A stretch of DNA of 62,038 nucleotides. It comes from a virus (taxonomy: Duplodnaviria; Caudoviricetes). Location: positions 1 through 62,038 of IMG/VR virus record IMGVR_UViG_3300020207_000023; one strand, written 5' to 3'. Below are positions 1 through 9,770 of this stretch, one piece after another. The translations under genes were made by a program, and so were the position numbers. Positions within the stretch are counted from its first letter, which is position 1. Each line of letters begins with the position of its first letter. The notes under the pieces were generated by a model. The model saw only the letters and a list, made by a program, of their open reading frames with translations, had not been told where the DNA came from and did no database searches.

Positions 1-105
1 TGGCTACATACTGTGCCAGTGTAAATGCGGTCGTACTCCCATCACCAGTGAACTGCTGGAATGTGATGTCGCCTACATTTGGGTCTATTCCTATATATGC
101 CATTA
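1..105. repeat. Exact 105-bp direct repeat of 61124-61228 (5' end of the MAYIGIDPNV tail gene plus TAATG junction)
   Basis: Base-by-base identity; copies diverge at 106 (g) vs 61229 (t). Confidence 0.95.
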
Positions 106-288
106 GTCGGCTTCCTGTATTGTTAATTCACCCGCCTCAACTTGGCGCATAATTTCTGCGTAGTGGCGGTTGGCTGGGTCAAGGGGGACTATAATGGGTT
201 GGTCGTCAATAGTTGCGACAAGGCTTAAAACCTCATTAGTGTCTGCATCGCGGGTGTATTTAGCCATAGTAATTGTCATTTCATCCAT
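103..288 (-). CDS. Small protein following tail fibre gene (possible fibre chaperone)
   Basis: 61 aa, VPLDPANRHYAEI motif; TAA overlaps next ATG. Confidence 0.6.
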   Translation of the reverse strand: MDEMTITMAKYTRDADTNEVLSLVATIDDQPIIVPLDPANRHYAEIMRQVEAGELTIQEAD

Positions 289-290
289 AA

Positions 291-1337
291 TTACAACTCC
301 GCATCCGCAGTAACCGACCCCTCTGGTCGGTCTATATAGATATACTCGTTCGTAGCAAAAAATCTTGAGTTAAACTTAAAACAGTCCTGTGTAGCCACAG
401 TTTGAAAGTCTCTTGTTACCCACGGAGTGCCTGATATATTAGTGCTGTAATTAACGAAAGTTATCGTAGGAACGGCTCTTTTTCTGACTTTATAATGCGG
501 GACACATTGCCTATTTTCATGCGACCACCCACCAAAAGTTCCCGCATGGCAACCGTCCATAGTGTATAAAAGCTCATAATACCTCTGACAGAGCGCAAGC
601 TCTTCACCAAAGCTACGGTGTTCAAACGGCGTGGCCTGAGAGCCGAGTTCAACTTGCCAGCCTGTTACAAAAAACTCGTTATCTGTACTCGACAAGAAAT
701 TAACTTGGTTAGAAGTTGCCACAACATTGCTTGAGTTCCATTGATTTGCGGTTCCTTGGTAAGTGCTTCCAATTGATAAAGTAATTTGATGAATTGACCC
801 AGTTCCATTAGTGGTCAACCAAGTGCCGCTTGTATCACCCGGAATCGTAAATGATACTCTTTCCCATACATCTGCGGAAGTTAAACTAAACTCTTTTATG
901 TATGCCCTGTCGACGTCATTGTTCCTGACAGAATAACAAAATGTACCTGTTAAATTAGACTTGGCGTAAAAAGATATTGTGATAGATTTTGCACCTGACG
1001 TGCCATATCCTAAAACAGCATGGTTGTACCCCTCTATCTTGTGAGAGAGTGTTAAATATTGACCAGCAGCAATAGTTCCATCAATAGTGGTACAATCAAA
1101 TTTCATGCTTTGGGTAAAACCCTCGCCACTTGGAACAGTGGTGTCTTGTGTAATAGTAGTAGCACCATCGTTACCATTAAAAATGAGCATCCTGTCTAAT
1201 GAGTAAGTACCATCAGCAGGGTTTGCAAATGACGTCCCCCGCTGTGCCACTTGCATCGCACCATTGATAATAAGGTTCCGCCGACCATGTACGGCGGTAT
1301 CAGCGAAACTGGCATTATTAACAGTGCTAATCGGCAT
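291..1337 (-). CDS. Tail fibre/receptor-binding protein with carbohydrate-binding-like domain
   Basis: RNLIINGAMQVAQRG and ATPFEHRSFGEELALCQRYY motifs typical of phage fibres. Confidence 0.7.
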   Translation of the reverse strand: MPISTVNNASFADTAVHGRRNLIINGAMQVAQRGTSFANPADGTYSLDRMLIFNGNDGATTITQDTTVPSGEGFTQSMKFDCTTIDGTIAAGQYLTLSHKIEGYNHAVLGYGTSGAKSITISFYAKSNLTGTFCYSVRNNDVDRAYIKEFSLTSADVWERVSFTIPGDTSGTWLTTNGTGSIHQITLSIGSTYQGTANQWNSSNVVATSNQVNFLSSTDNEFFVTGWQVELGSQATPFEHRSFGEELALCQRYYELLYTMDGCHAGTFGGWSHENRQCVPHYKVRKRAVPTITFVNYSTNISGTPWVTRDFQTVATQDCFKFNSRFFATNEYIYIDRPEGSVTADAEL

Positions 1338-1342
1338 CTAGA

Positions 1343-1615
1343 TTACTCCGACAAATCTGCTTCCGCTTCGGCTTGCGCTTCTGCCGCAGTCCTTACAACA
1401 CCCAACTCAAAAGCCTGTGCAATCTGGGCATCCTTGCCAGTTGCAATAGCAATTTCATTAGCGTTGCAATGGGCTACCAAAGTCGCCACGATTTCATCGC
1501 CAGCAATTCTGGCACGGTTTGTTACAGCATTATCAGCCCAGTCTTGAGGGCTGAGTGCCGCATATTCCATACACTTGAGTTCAGTGTCTGTTAATTCGAT
1601 TGTGATATTTGGCAT
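1343..1615 (-). CDS. Small hypothetical protein downstream of C1q-like fibre
   Basis: 90 aa ORF with AGGAG RBS. Confidence 0.6.
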   Translation of the reverse strand: MPNITIELTDTELKCMEYAALSPQDWADNAVTNRARIAGDEIVATLVAHCNANEIAIATGKDAQIAQAFELGVVRTAAEAQAEAEADLSE

Positions 1616-1630
1616 TTTATTTACTCCTGT

Positions 1631-2662
1631 TTAGCCTAAAAGCCATCCCATGAACGCACACCGACCTAAATCTAAGGTAAAACTTGTGTTATTATAATTA
1701 ATCACTTGCACATTAACCGTATCATTCGCGGCAAGTTGTAAAAACTGAAAACCAGTGGCGGTCATATACGCCAAACCATAACCAATAGTCATTTCGTTGT
1801 TTTGCCCTACGCCGTTTTTATATAAAGTCATAGCTGGACCTGTTCCAGTTCCTGTTTGAGTCATACGAGCAAAAAACGCGTATGAACCAGCAATCGGGGC
1901 GGTAAAAGTATATGTGGTAGTATTAAACCCAGTATTACGACTACCAAGCGATACTTGATTGGTGAGCTGAAGTGTTTGATAAGCCGAAGTGCCAGACCAA
2001 CTTTGATTGCCACTTCCCCACGCATAAAACGCTGGTTGATACGGCATCGTGATACGACCTGACCCGTCTACAGCCATTCGTGTAGTGCCGCCATCGGTTC
2101 TAAAAATTAAACCCCCGCCTAAACTATTACTGTCTGCGTCAATATAAATATTTCCAGTTGCACCCTCTTGGATAATCTGACCAACTTGACTTCCACTTTG
2201 AAAAAGCGCTATGCCACCATAGTTTGACGACTTATCGAGTGTCAGCCTGTGTGATGTGCTGGGGGATGTTGTGCCAATTCCAACACTATTGTTGGTGCTG
2301 TCAACGTAAAGAGTGTCGGTGTCAACGGTAAGGTCGCCACTAAATGTGCCTGTCGTAGCGGCAAGCGCGGCATTAGGGTCATGTTCCAGCCGTGTTGTGA
2401 CCTCTGCCAACCCACGATAAACCACATATACATTAGCTGTGCCAGCCGAAGGCGCGGCATCAAATGTTAGGGTTGTGCCAGTCGCGGTGTATGACTTACC
2501 AACTCCAGGTTCTTGCTGGATGTTATTAACAAACACCTCAAGGTCTTCGGCAACATTCACAGCACGGTTCAGCGTAAACGCTACCGTTGACCCATCGCCA
2601 TTGAAATACTGGCTGGTGGGGCTGGCTAACGTCTGTGATGGTTTATCGCCTATGTATGCCAT
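1631..2662 (-). CDS. Tail fibre protein with C1q-like C-terminal head
   Basis: MAYIG N-terminus, VGIGTTSP repeat unit, FTAPIAGSYAF C1q-like strand. Confidence 0.7.
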   Translation of the reverse strand: MAYIGDKPSQTLASPTSQYFNGDGSTVAFTLNRAVNVAEDLEVFVNNIQQEPGVGKSYTATGTTLTFDAAPSAGTANVYVVYRGLAEVTTRLEHDPNAALAATTGTFSGDLTVDTDTLYVDSTNNSVGIGTTSPSTSHRLTLDKSSNYGGIALFQSGSQVGQIIQEGATGNIYIDADSNSLGGGLIFRTDGGTTRMAVDGSGRITMPYQPAFYAWGSGNQSWSGTSAYQTLQLTNQVSLGSRNTGFNTTTYTFTAPIAGSYAFFARMTQTGTGTGPAMTLYKNGVGQNNEMTIGYGLAYMTATGFQFLQLAANDTVNVQVINYNNTSFTLDLGRCAFMGWLLG

Positions 2663-2670
2663 TTTTTGTC

Positions 2671-3702
2671 CTAAACCGTATATGTGCCAGTGCTTGTATA
2701 TTTAAGAATTTTGTAACTTCCTACCGTTGTAATGGTAGGGGAGCCTGTAGTTGTTCCTGTGTATTTAGATGTAGGAATTTTCAATATGATAACTCCATCG
2801 CCACCATCGCCACCACTATAGCTAGTAGGAGCGTTTGGCATAGAGCCACCACCGCCACCGCCACCAAGGCCATCTGTACCCGCATTGCCCGCGCCGCCAC
2901 TAGCCGCGCCAGCATTACCGCCACCGCCAGAACCACCTGTTCCGACTGTGCCGCCGTTATATGTTCCACCACCACCACCGCCAGCGTATGTTACAGCAGA
3001 GCCTGTGATTGAAGATGACTGTCCTGCGCCGCCATTACCGCCCGCAGAAGTTGTTGCGTTAGCGCCCACTGCTCCAGCGCCCCCGCCCCCACCGCCGGGA
3101 TAGTTGGGAGAAGCGTAGTTAGACGTACCGCCGTCATTACCCTGACCAGCCGTACCAGAACCAGCGGGAGTTCTTCCTCTAGCACTACCACCACCAGAGC
3201 CACCGTCTTGTGCCTCATTCCCATCAGAGCCAGTTGTGGCACCACCAGCACCACCACCGCCACCAGTGGCAGTAACGGTAACAACCCCACTTCCAGTAAT
3301 AGTGCTGTCGTTGCCGTTAGTTCCCCCGCCAGTGTTTCCTGTGCCGCCAGCACCACCAGTCCCCACAGTAAGGGTTATGACTTTACCAGCTGTTATAGCG
3401 ACAGTGTCCGTTACAAGGCCACCAGCACCGCCACCACCAGCACCGCCGCCTGACCCAGAACCTGAAGCTCCACCGCCACCGCCACCAGCGACCACTAGAT
3501 ATTCGATAGAAACGTCATTTGTCTGGTCGCCCACGGCAACCCAATCCGTTCCATCATATACCTCGACAACGCCCAAGGTAGTATTGTATCTCATCATTCC
3601 CGTAACTGGGGAAGACGGTCTTTGGGCGGTCGTCCCAACAGAAAGATTTAGTGAGCCTGTACCTAAATTAAGCTGGTTTGGGCCAACCTTACCTAGCGCC
3701 AT
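2671..3702 (-). CDS. Glycine-rich tail-associated protein
   Basis: GTTAQRP motif, EYLVVAGGGGG and many poly-Gly tracts. Confidence 0.7.
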   Translation of the reverse strand: MALGKVGPNQLNLGTGSLNLSVGTTAQRPSSPVTGMMRYNTTLGVVEVYDGTDWVAVGDQTNDVSIEYLVVAGGGGGGASGSGSGGGAGGGGAGGLVTDTVAITAGKVITLTVGTGGAGGTGNTGGGTNGNDSTITGSGVVTVTATGGGGGAGGATTGSDGNEAQDGGSGGGSARGRTPAGSGTAGQGNDGGTSNYASPNYPGGGGGGAGAVGANATTSAGGNGGAGQSSSITGSAVTYAGGGGGGTYNGGTVGTGGSGGGGNAGAASGGAGNAGTDGLGGGGGGGSMPNAPTSYSGGDGGDGVIILKIPTSKYTGTTTGSPTITTVGSYKILKYTSTGTYTV

Positions 3703-4031
3703 TAGCTAATCTCCAGAATAGACATAGTCACATCAGCCGCTGATGCCTGACTTGCTGTCACTTTCAAAACATCAGATGCGTTCATCACAATCTTCTGGTC
3801 ACCGCCACAGGCCACCAAACTTGAGCCGACTGGCACAATCGCGTCTTTCACGATATAGACATTGTCGCCATCGTTGTTTTCCAACTGCACATCTACCGTA
3901 ATGGATACCGTCAGAATGTTAGCCACGTTAAGGCCGATGATTGTTGTTTCTGTTGAAGCGGGGCAAGTATAGATGGTAGCCGGACTCGTTCCCACCGCAG
4001 TATCTGTAAGTGTCTTAAATGAGTTTGCCAT
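3702..4031 (-). CDS. Putative virion structural protein
   Basis: 109 aa beta-rich ORF in tail operon. Confidence 0.55.
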   Translation of the reverse strand: MANSFKTLTDTAVGTSPATIYTCPASTETTIIGLNVANILTVSITVDVQLENNDGDNVYIVKDAIVPVGSSLVACGGDQKIVMNASDVLKVTASQASAADVTMSILEIS

Positions 4032-4034
4032 CTG

Positions 4035-4622
4035 TTACCCCAATGCTATTGCAAACGCCAAAGCGTTTGGATCTTGTTCCGTAAACCCCTGTATATTATC
4101 ACTGGTATCATTGAAAATAATCTGCTCAGCTGGCAAGGTGCAAAATATTGTGCGTGTGCCAGCCGACCAATTAACAGGGGCTTCTGCAAAAGTAAGCACC
4201 GCATTATCTGCTAATGTGACGCTAGTGTCCAAAACAATAGCTGTTTGGCTAGTTACAGTAGCGACATTAACAATGCCAGTTATGCCTGTGCCTGTAACTC
4301 TGTGGCCGACCTGTATCGTGCCACTATTACCATCTACAGCTACATTTGTAGAAGAAGTAACCGCCCCATTTACAGAGGCGGTTGCTGTGCTGGTGTTGGT
4401 ACTTTGTATCGTTTTGGTTCGGGCTAGTGTAGTACCAGACAAAGTGTATGTCCCTAACCCTATTTCAAAATCAGCACCATCTGAGCAAGCGTAATAAGTA
4501 GTATTACCATCCCCGATCTCAGAGAACGCTTCAAAGCCACCCAACGCCCCTGCCAGAGTATAAGCCCCTGTGCCAGTGGTTGTCGTAGTTTCCTTTATGC
4601 GGTCTCTGAGAACTAAGGCCAT
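4035..4622 (-). CDS. Tail-associated protein with one copy of a 66-aa repeat module
   Basis: DRIKETTTTTGTG N-terminus common in phage tail modules. Confidence 0.6.
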   Translation of the reverse strand: MALVLRDRIKETTTTTGTGAYTLAGALGGFEAFSEIGDGNTTYYACSDGADFEIGLGTYTLSGTTLARTKTIQSTNTSTATASVNGAVTSSTNVAVDGNSGTIQVGHRVTGTGITGIVNVATVTSQTAIVLDTSVTLADNAVLTFAEAPVNWSAGTRTIFCTLPAEQIIFNDTSDNIQGFTEQDPNALAFAIALG

Positions 4623-5668
4623 TACTTCAACTCAATAGATAGATTACCAGCATTGATGCGGAAGATATCACCTACCGCAAGAGTTTTACTTGCATCTAAC
4701 GCACCTACAAACAAGATGTTACCATCAAATGTTAGAGCCGCGTTATCTGCTAGAGTTACTGCCGTATCTAGGACGATAGCAGTCTGGCTAGTCACGGTAG
4801 CTACCTTTACCTCACCAGTAATGCCAGTGCCTCTCACTCGCTGTCCTACGACGATTGTGCCAGCATTGTTATCTACTGTCACATTTGTAGAAGATGTAAC
4901 TGCACCATCTACAAGTGCAGATGCACGGTTTTTGTCAGCAATAAAGGCATGGGATACAGTGTAAGTAGCAATACCGCTAGAAGCCGCAAACTCAATATTG
5001 TTATCGTTTACGACCTGTTGCTGGTCTGAAATAACCGTATCTCCATTGCTATGCGTGGTTGCTGTAGTGCTTGATGTTCCGCGAGTACAGCCTGTTAGCG
5101 TATTCGTGCCATCAAAAGTCAGCGCAGTATCATCTGCAATAGTGATTGCAGTATCCAATACCAAAGCTGTCTGGCTAGTTACAGTTGCCACTTTTACTGT
5201 GCCACTGATACCTGTGCCTGTCACAATCATACCGACCGTAATAGTCCCGCTATTACCATCTACAGCAAGGCTAGTAGAAGAAGTAACTGCACCATTAGCA
5301 TCTGCGGTAGCCGTGCCATCCTTACCTGTGTAGGTAATCAACTCATCATTAACTTGGATTGTACCAGATGACGGAAAAGCTTCTGCATCAGCAAGGTAAA
5401 ATTCAGTTTGTGAGTTAGTATGGTTTCCAGCCAACGTGGTTACAGATTGCTTCCAACCAGAAGCACTAACCTGTTGCCGATCATAATTGGCATCTTCAGT
5501 TGTGATATTCACCTCAGAAAGCGAACCACTTTCTGCGTGTGTCACACCTGTTGCCAAACCAACATAAATACTATTCCCTAGAGTAGCAAACGACAGGGAA
5601 TCATTTTTGAACAAATAATCTAGAATATGTCGTTCTAGATAGGTTGTTGCCGCATTAGATGTAGCCAT
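4622..5668 (-). CDS. Tail-associated protein with two copies of the 66-aa module
   Basis: 348 aa; ends GDIFRINAGNLSIEL; coupled to neighbours. Confidence 0.6.
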   Translation of the reverse strand: MATSNAATTYLERHILDYLFKNDSLSFATLGNSIYVGLATGVTHAESGSLSEVNITTEDANYDRQQVSASGWKQSVTTLAGNHTNSQTEFYLADAEAFPSSGTIQVNDELITYTGKDGTATADANGAVTSSTSLAVDGNSGTITVGMIVTGTGISGTVKVATVTSQTALVLDTAITIADDTALTFDGTNTLTGCTRGTSSTTATTHSNGDTVISDQQQVVNDNNIEFAASSGIATYTVSHAFIADKNRASALVDGAVTSSTNVTVDNNAGTIVVGQRVRGTGITGEVKVATVTSQTAIVLDTAVTLADNAALTFDGNILFVGALDASKTLAVGDIFRINAGNLSIELK

Positions 5669-5679
5669 GTTTTTTACTC

Positions 5680-6537
5680 CTAACTTCTTGGCTTATCTGG
5701 TAAACCTCGACGATATGCGTCGCTATTTTCCCGAGCCTCTGCTAAATCTTTAAGGCGAGTCATTTCCTGTATAAAGCGTTGTTCATACAAGGCCATCATA
5801 TCTTGTTCGCCTTTCATGTAAGTATATGCTTCAACGAGAGAACCGTAAAGAAGAGCGTTCGGGGCATTTTCGCCGAGCCATGATGTAGCCGCATTAGAAA
5901 CGACAGCTACCACTACGCCAGTTGCACCACTCGTACCACCTGTAACCGTTTCCCCGACGGAAAATGCCCCAGATAGTGTTGTAGGCGTGTATTCAACTTG
6001 CGCCGCACCGACAACAGCCAGCGTTGCCGAAGCACCGCTAATATTGCCTGTGATAGATTCCCCGACCACAAATGTCCCTGTCAAATTATTTAGAGTAACT
6101 ACAACAGGGATGTTTGTTATGCTTTCGGGGCGATAATAGTAATGAAGCTCTACATTGTAAGCTATATCTGGTGTAGGCGATAAAATAAAATTATCTACAT
6201 CAAATATGCCGTAAAAACGCGGAGTTGCATTACCTGTCACCGTATTGTTGAACTCTTGCAAATAGTTTACATCTTTCAACAATAGGAACTCTTTATAATT
6301 TGGCGTCGTAATCTGCAAAGAAAACGGCGACATATAATCAGTTGGCACAGACAAATAAGGGTTGCCTATAGTAAGCTGGGAAGTAGCATTTTTGCGAAAC
6401 AGCTCAAGATCAACCAGCGTAAAAATACGGTCTTCTGCCCCGCGTACAAACAAAGGCATATTATTTACAAAAGAAGTTTCGTAATTTTCAGTAAAGTCCT
6501 GAACCGCTTGGCTGAGTTGGCTATACGAAAAAGTCAT
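5680..6537 (-). CDS. Putative head-tail adaptor/tail tubular protein
   Basis: PTPD..Y.VELHYYYRP and LLYGSLVEAY motifs; position after capsid genes. Confidence 0.55.
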   Translation of the reverse strand: MTFSYSQLSQAVQDFTENYETSFVNNMPLFVRGAEDRIFTLVDLELFRKNATSQLTIGNPYLSVPTDYMSPFSLQITTPNYKEFLLLKDVNYLQEFNNTVTGNATPRFYGIFDVDNFILSPTPDIAYNVELHYYYRPESITNIPVVVTLNNLTGTFVVGESITGNISGASATLAVVGAAQVEYTPTTLSGAFSVGETVTGGTSGATGVVVAVVSNAATSWLGENAPNALLYGSLVEAYTYMKGEQDMMALYEQRFIQEMTRLKDLAEARENSDAYRRGLPDKPRS

Positions 6538-6546
6538 TAGTCACCC

Positions 6547-7047
6547 CTATGGCGATAAAGTGACTGGACCAGCTGACGAGTTTTCGCCGCCACCTTTAAC
6601 ACTGCCGACTGTAGCTGTTCCGCTACTCGCCGTAAAAGTGTATGTATCAGTTCCAGTAACCGTAATAGTGTAGCCTGAAGCGTTTTCAAGCACCGCTTTA
6701 GAAAACCCATCAAACCCTTCCACATCTCTGAATCGAACAACATCACTTGTCGCTCTCCCATGACTCCGCTCGTTTACTGTGATTACATTACTACCAATTC
6801 CTCCAGATAGAAAGGGGTTGGGAGTTAAAAGTCTCGCAGTAGCGGGTTCTGTACGATCAATACGAGGCTGAAATAAAGCCTCTGGGTCAGCAGGGGGGAT
6901 GTTAGGTTCTAGCTGTGGGTGTTTATACTCAAAGCACTCTGGGCATACTTTCAGGCCATTCCACTCAGTCTGCAGACTGCGATAAGGGTATTGAAACCCA
7001 CATCTGTCGCATAGAGCATTAGCGTATGAACCTACTGCATATGCCAT
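6547..7047 (-). CDS. Hypothetical protein with N-terminal Zn finger
   Basis: CDRCG...CPEC. Confidence 0.6.
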   Translation of the reverse strand: MAYAVGSYANALCDRCGFQYPYRSLQTEWNGLKVCPECFEYKHPQLEPNIPPADPEALFQPRIDRTEPATARLLTPNPFLSGGIGSNVITVNERSHGRATSDVVRFRDVEGFDGFSKAVLENASGYTITVTGTDTYTFTASSGTATVGSVKGGGENSSAGPVTLSP

Positions 7048-7727
7048 TATCTAAACCCATAATAATCCCTGCGAGGTGTTAGCGACAGGTTTGCCCTGTC
7101 TACATCTTCATAAGCGGCACGAGCAAACTCTTCTTCATACGAAGCCTTCAAAAGCTGAGCTCTTTCAGGTGCTTTTTTAATAGACAGGTAGTAAGCCAGA
7201 CCCGCCGCCAAGCAAGGATAGAACCGGAACGGCACTTCCATTGTGTTTTCATAATCATCCGCATCTTCAATGCGGGTAAGCCTATCATAAACAAAAGTAT
7301 ATGCTTGGTCTGGGGTAGGCCAAACATTCAGCACAGGCGTAATAGAACGGTCTATATACCACTGCACAGGCCGTGCTTCATTTAATTTGTTAGGGATATT
7401 TAAGAATTCATCGCGGCTAACCCGCTCTACTTGTATATCAGATTGGGTGCTGAGGCCAGCATTACTCCGTAAAACCGCGCTGAGAGCGTCTACAGTGTCA
7501 TTAGGCAAATTATATTGGTTAGTACCCTGAACTAGACTTACCGTGCTCTGTTGGATCGTCCAGCGGTTCAAACCTCGGTTAGCCCAATCCGCAAACAAAA
7601 GGTTGAGGGAGCGTTTGGCTGTTTTCAGGTCGTAACCAGTCCGGACTTCCAAGCCACACCGCTCATAAGCCTCTTCAATGTAATCCGCTACATCTAGTTC
7701 AAAATTGGTACTGCCTGAAGTAGCCAT
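7047..7727 (-). CDS. Putative head-tail connector protein
   Basis: 226 aa; AKRSLNLLFADWANRG and WPTPD motifs. Confidence 0.55.
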   Translation of the reverse strand: MATSGSTNFELDVADYIEEAYERCGLEVRTGYDLKTAKRSLNLLFADWANRGLNRWTIQQSTVSLVQGTNQYNLPNDTVDALSAVLRSNAGLSTQSDIQVERVSRDEFLNIPNKLNEARPVQWYIDRSITPVLNVWPTPDQAYTFVYDRLTRIEDADDYENTMEVPFRFYPCLAAGLAYYLSIKKAPERAQLLKASYEEEFARAAYEDVDRANLSLTPRRDYYGFR

Positions 7728-7735
7728 GCTTTACC

Positions 7736-7927
7736 TCATGCTTTCTTTTTCTTCTTTTTCTTCGGAAACCCTGCCTTCATATTAGCATACGCCGCCTTAG
7801 AAATAGTTGATTTTTTCTTAGAACGAGAAATACCTAGCTTTTTTCGCCTGTTGATATTGGCATATAAACCGCGTTTTGCCATGCCTTTCTCCGTTTGTTT
7901 AGACTGCTGGCTTCTGCCAATAGTCAT
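7736..7927 (-). CDS. Small basic hypothetical protein (start uncertain)
   Basis: GLYANINRRKKLG, Lys-rich. Confidence 0.5.
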   Translation of the reverse strand: MTIGRSQQSKQTEKGMAKRGLYANINRRKKLGISRSKKKSTISKAAYANMKAGFPKKKKKKKA

Positions 7928-8148
7928 TATTTACCACCTAAACTCAATAACAACGCTACAAATGCGTCACTATTCATAAGACCTGCAAATATAATCCCGC
8001 CGACCAACATCCATTTAGCTTGGAATACCGCCTTTTTAACATCGGTCATATCCGCATGAAGTTCATCAACACGCTTTACAATATGCTTTTGTTGCGTTTT
8101 CCACTCCGTAAATTCAATTTCTAGCTCATGCACACTTTTATCGGCCAC
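7927..8148 (-). CDS. Coiled-coil protein with C-terminal TM helix
   Basis: Probable GTG start at 8148; hydrophobic C-terminus. Confidence 0.5.
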   Translation of the reverse strand: MADKSVHELEIEFTEWKTQQKHIVKRVDELHADMTDVKKAVFQAKWMLVGGIIFAGLMNSDAFVALLLSLGGK

Positions 8149-8161
8149 GAAATACACCCTT

Positions 8162-8446
8162 TCACCATGCCTTACAAGACCAGTAGCGAGCACTGAACTT
8201 GTCTTTGGCGGTAGCACAGTTGTGACGAGCTCTAAAAGACTTGCGGCGAGCTGGTTGGTCTTTTTTGATTGACATATTGGGGTCTCCAAATCTGACCAGT
8301 TTGATTTGGCTACCCTTTTTTGCAAGAACTGCTGATTTTTTTGGACCATTCGGGGTGCGTTTGGGTTTGTTGTAGCCACTGAAAGTTTCCCCCCGATACT
8401 GTAATTTTCCGCTAGGTGTCCGTTTTACATTTTTTGTTGTAGCCAC
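8162..8446 (-). CDS. Conserved small basic phage protein
   Basis: RFGDP..RKSFRARHNC..ARYWSC motif. Confidence 0.65.
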   Translation of the reverse strand: MATTKNVKRTPSGKLQYRGETFSGYNKPKRTPNGPKKSAVLAKKGSQIKLVRFGDPNMSIKKDQPARRKSFRARHNCATAKDKFSARYWSCKAW

Positions 8447-9243
8447 TACAAGTCACTCCCATTTTGAATGTAAATAAACTCCATCGACGCGGACACATTA
8501 AAGTCAACAGACCCTGAAGAAGAAAACGCCCTCATTTCCAAGTCTGTTTTTTCTGTAAACTTTAACGGGTAAGTATAAAACTGTTCGTGTGCGCCATCTG
8601 TCAGGGTAAATCTTTCTTTTATCTGGAAGACTTCTCCGTATGGCCTAGCAACAAGACTAGCATTTAAAAGAGCTTTGGTGGCAGTAGACGTGCCTGTGGA
8701 TAAAGCCATTTTTGTAAGAAACGCTGTATATCCTGCGGGAACTGTCCAAAGAGCCATCAATGTTTGGTTATCACCATCCCCATTTATGGTCAGGTAAATA
8801 TTAGCGGGAACTCCAGCGGTCACTGTGCCTGTTCCTGCGTAAATTGTGCCAGCGTTTGCGCCACCACTGCCAGCACTGCGAACAATGCCGCGATTTATAC
8901 GAAAATAAGATTGTGTGGTATTAACAGCCGTTTGTCCATTTAAGGTGACAACTTCGTTTATTTCGTTGTAATCGGCGTCTAGGCCAAAAACTTCTACTGT
9001 TCTTGCACCAGTTCCTGCGGCAGTATCATTAGCTGAACTGCTTGATATAGTCATTACTGTGGCTGATGCGGGATAAGCGTATAAACCGCCTTGTTCCCAA
9101 ATAGTTTCCTTAGTGGCTCCAACAACAGCGTTGTAACCAAACTTAAAAACAGTTTTATGGAAGGATATTTGCCCACGAGCAACTTGAAGCTCGAACGGTT
9201 CGGAAGTTCCTACACGTGAGATAGAGCTTACTTCACGAGCCAT
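8446..9243 (-). CDS. Putative virion structural protein
   Basis: 265 aa, KFGYN..ETIW and GTGARTV motifs. Confidence 0.55.
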   Translation of the reverse strand: MAREVSSISRVGTSEPFELQVARGQISFHKTVFKFGYNAVVGATKETIWEQGGLYAYPASATVMTISSSSANDTAAGTGARTVEVFGLDADYNEINEVVTLNGQTAVNTTQSYFRINRGIVRSAGSGGANAGTIYAGTGTVTAGVPANIYLTINGDGDNQTLMALWTVPAGYTAFLTKMALSTGTSTATKALLNASLVARPYGEVFQIKERFTLTDGAHEQFYTYPLKFTEKTDLEMRAFSSSGSVDFNVSASMEFIYIQNGSDL

Positions 9244-9254
9244 TCGAGTCTCCT

Positions 9255-9527
9255 TTAGTTATAGAACACTGTCAGCGCAGTTATGGCTGTAAAGGCAGAA
9301 ACATAAATATCTTCTACCCTTATGCCTTCCGCTGGTATGTTCACTGAGTGTGAATCAGATGCAAGAAAATCAAGATCAAGTACCGTCGCGCCACCATTAC
9401 CATCAGTAATGGTTAAACGCGGAGCTCCTGTTGTCGTGAGAACTTGTATCTGACGAATACGCGCAGGACCAACACTAGCCGAGCCAGTGGCTGTCAAGCG
9501 TTTTGCTTTTACATCAGATCCAGCCAT
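9255..9527 (-). CDS. Hypothetical structural protein
   Basis: 90 aa with GGAGG RBS. Confidence 0.55.
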   Translation of the reverse strand: MAGSDVKAKRLTATGSASVGPARIRQIQVLTTTGAPRLTITDGNGGATVLDLDFLASDSHSVNIPAEGIRVEDIYVSAFTAITALTVFYN

Positions 9528-9539
9528 AACAGCCTCCTA

Positions 9540-9770
9540 CTAAGCGGTAGCTGTCGCGCCAGTGTCTACACGGATCCAGTTAGAACCATCTGAAAACACA
9601 AGGTTTCCTGTACCCGCGCCAGCCCCTTCAGCAACCTTACGAGCATTTGATACATAATAAACGTACCCTTCGTTATCGGCTGAGGCAGTTGGTAGGTCTG
9701 CAAAAAGGATTGGGTTTAGCCAGAAAGCAGTGTTTGTCTTTACTGGACCTGAAAAAGTTGTACGAGCCAT
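9540..9770 (-). CDS. Small capsid-associated protein
   Basis: MARTTFSGPV start; first gene after capsid terminator. Confidence 0.55.
   Translation of the reverse strand: MARTTFSGPVKTNTAFWLNPILFADLPTASADNEGYVYYVSNARKVAEGAGAGTGNLVFSDGSNWIRVDTGATATA

Noticed and set aside
2830-3490. CCACCGCCA-type repeats resembling an array
   Set aside because: Poly-Gly codons of a tail protein; no repeat-spacer periodicity and no cas genes.
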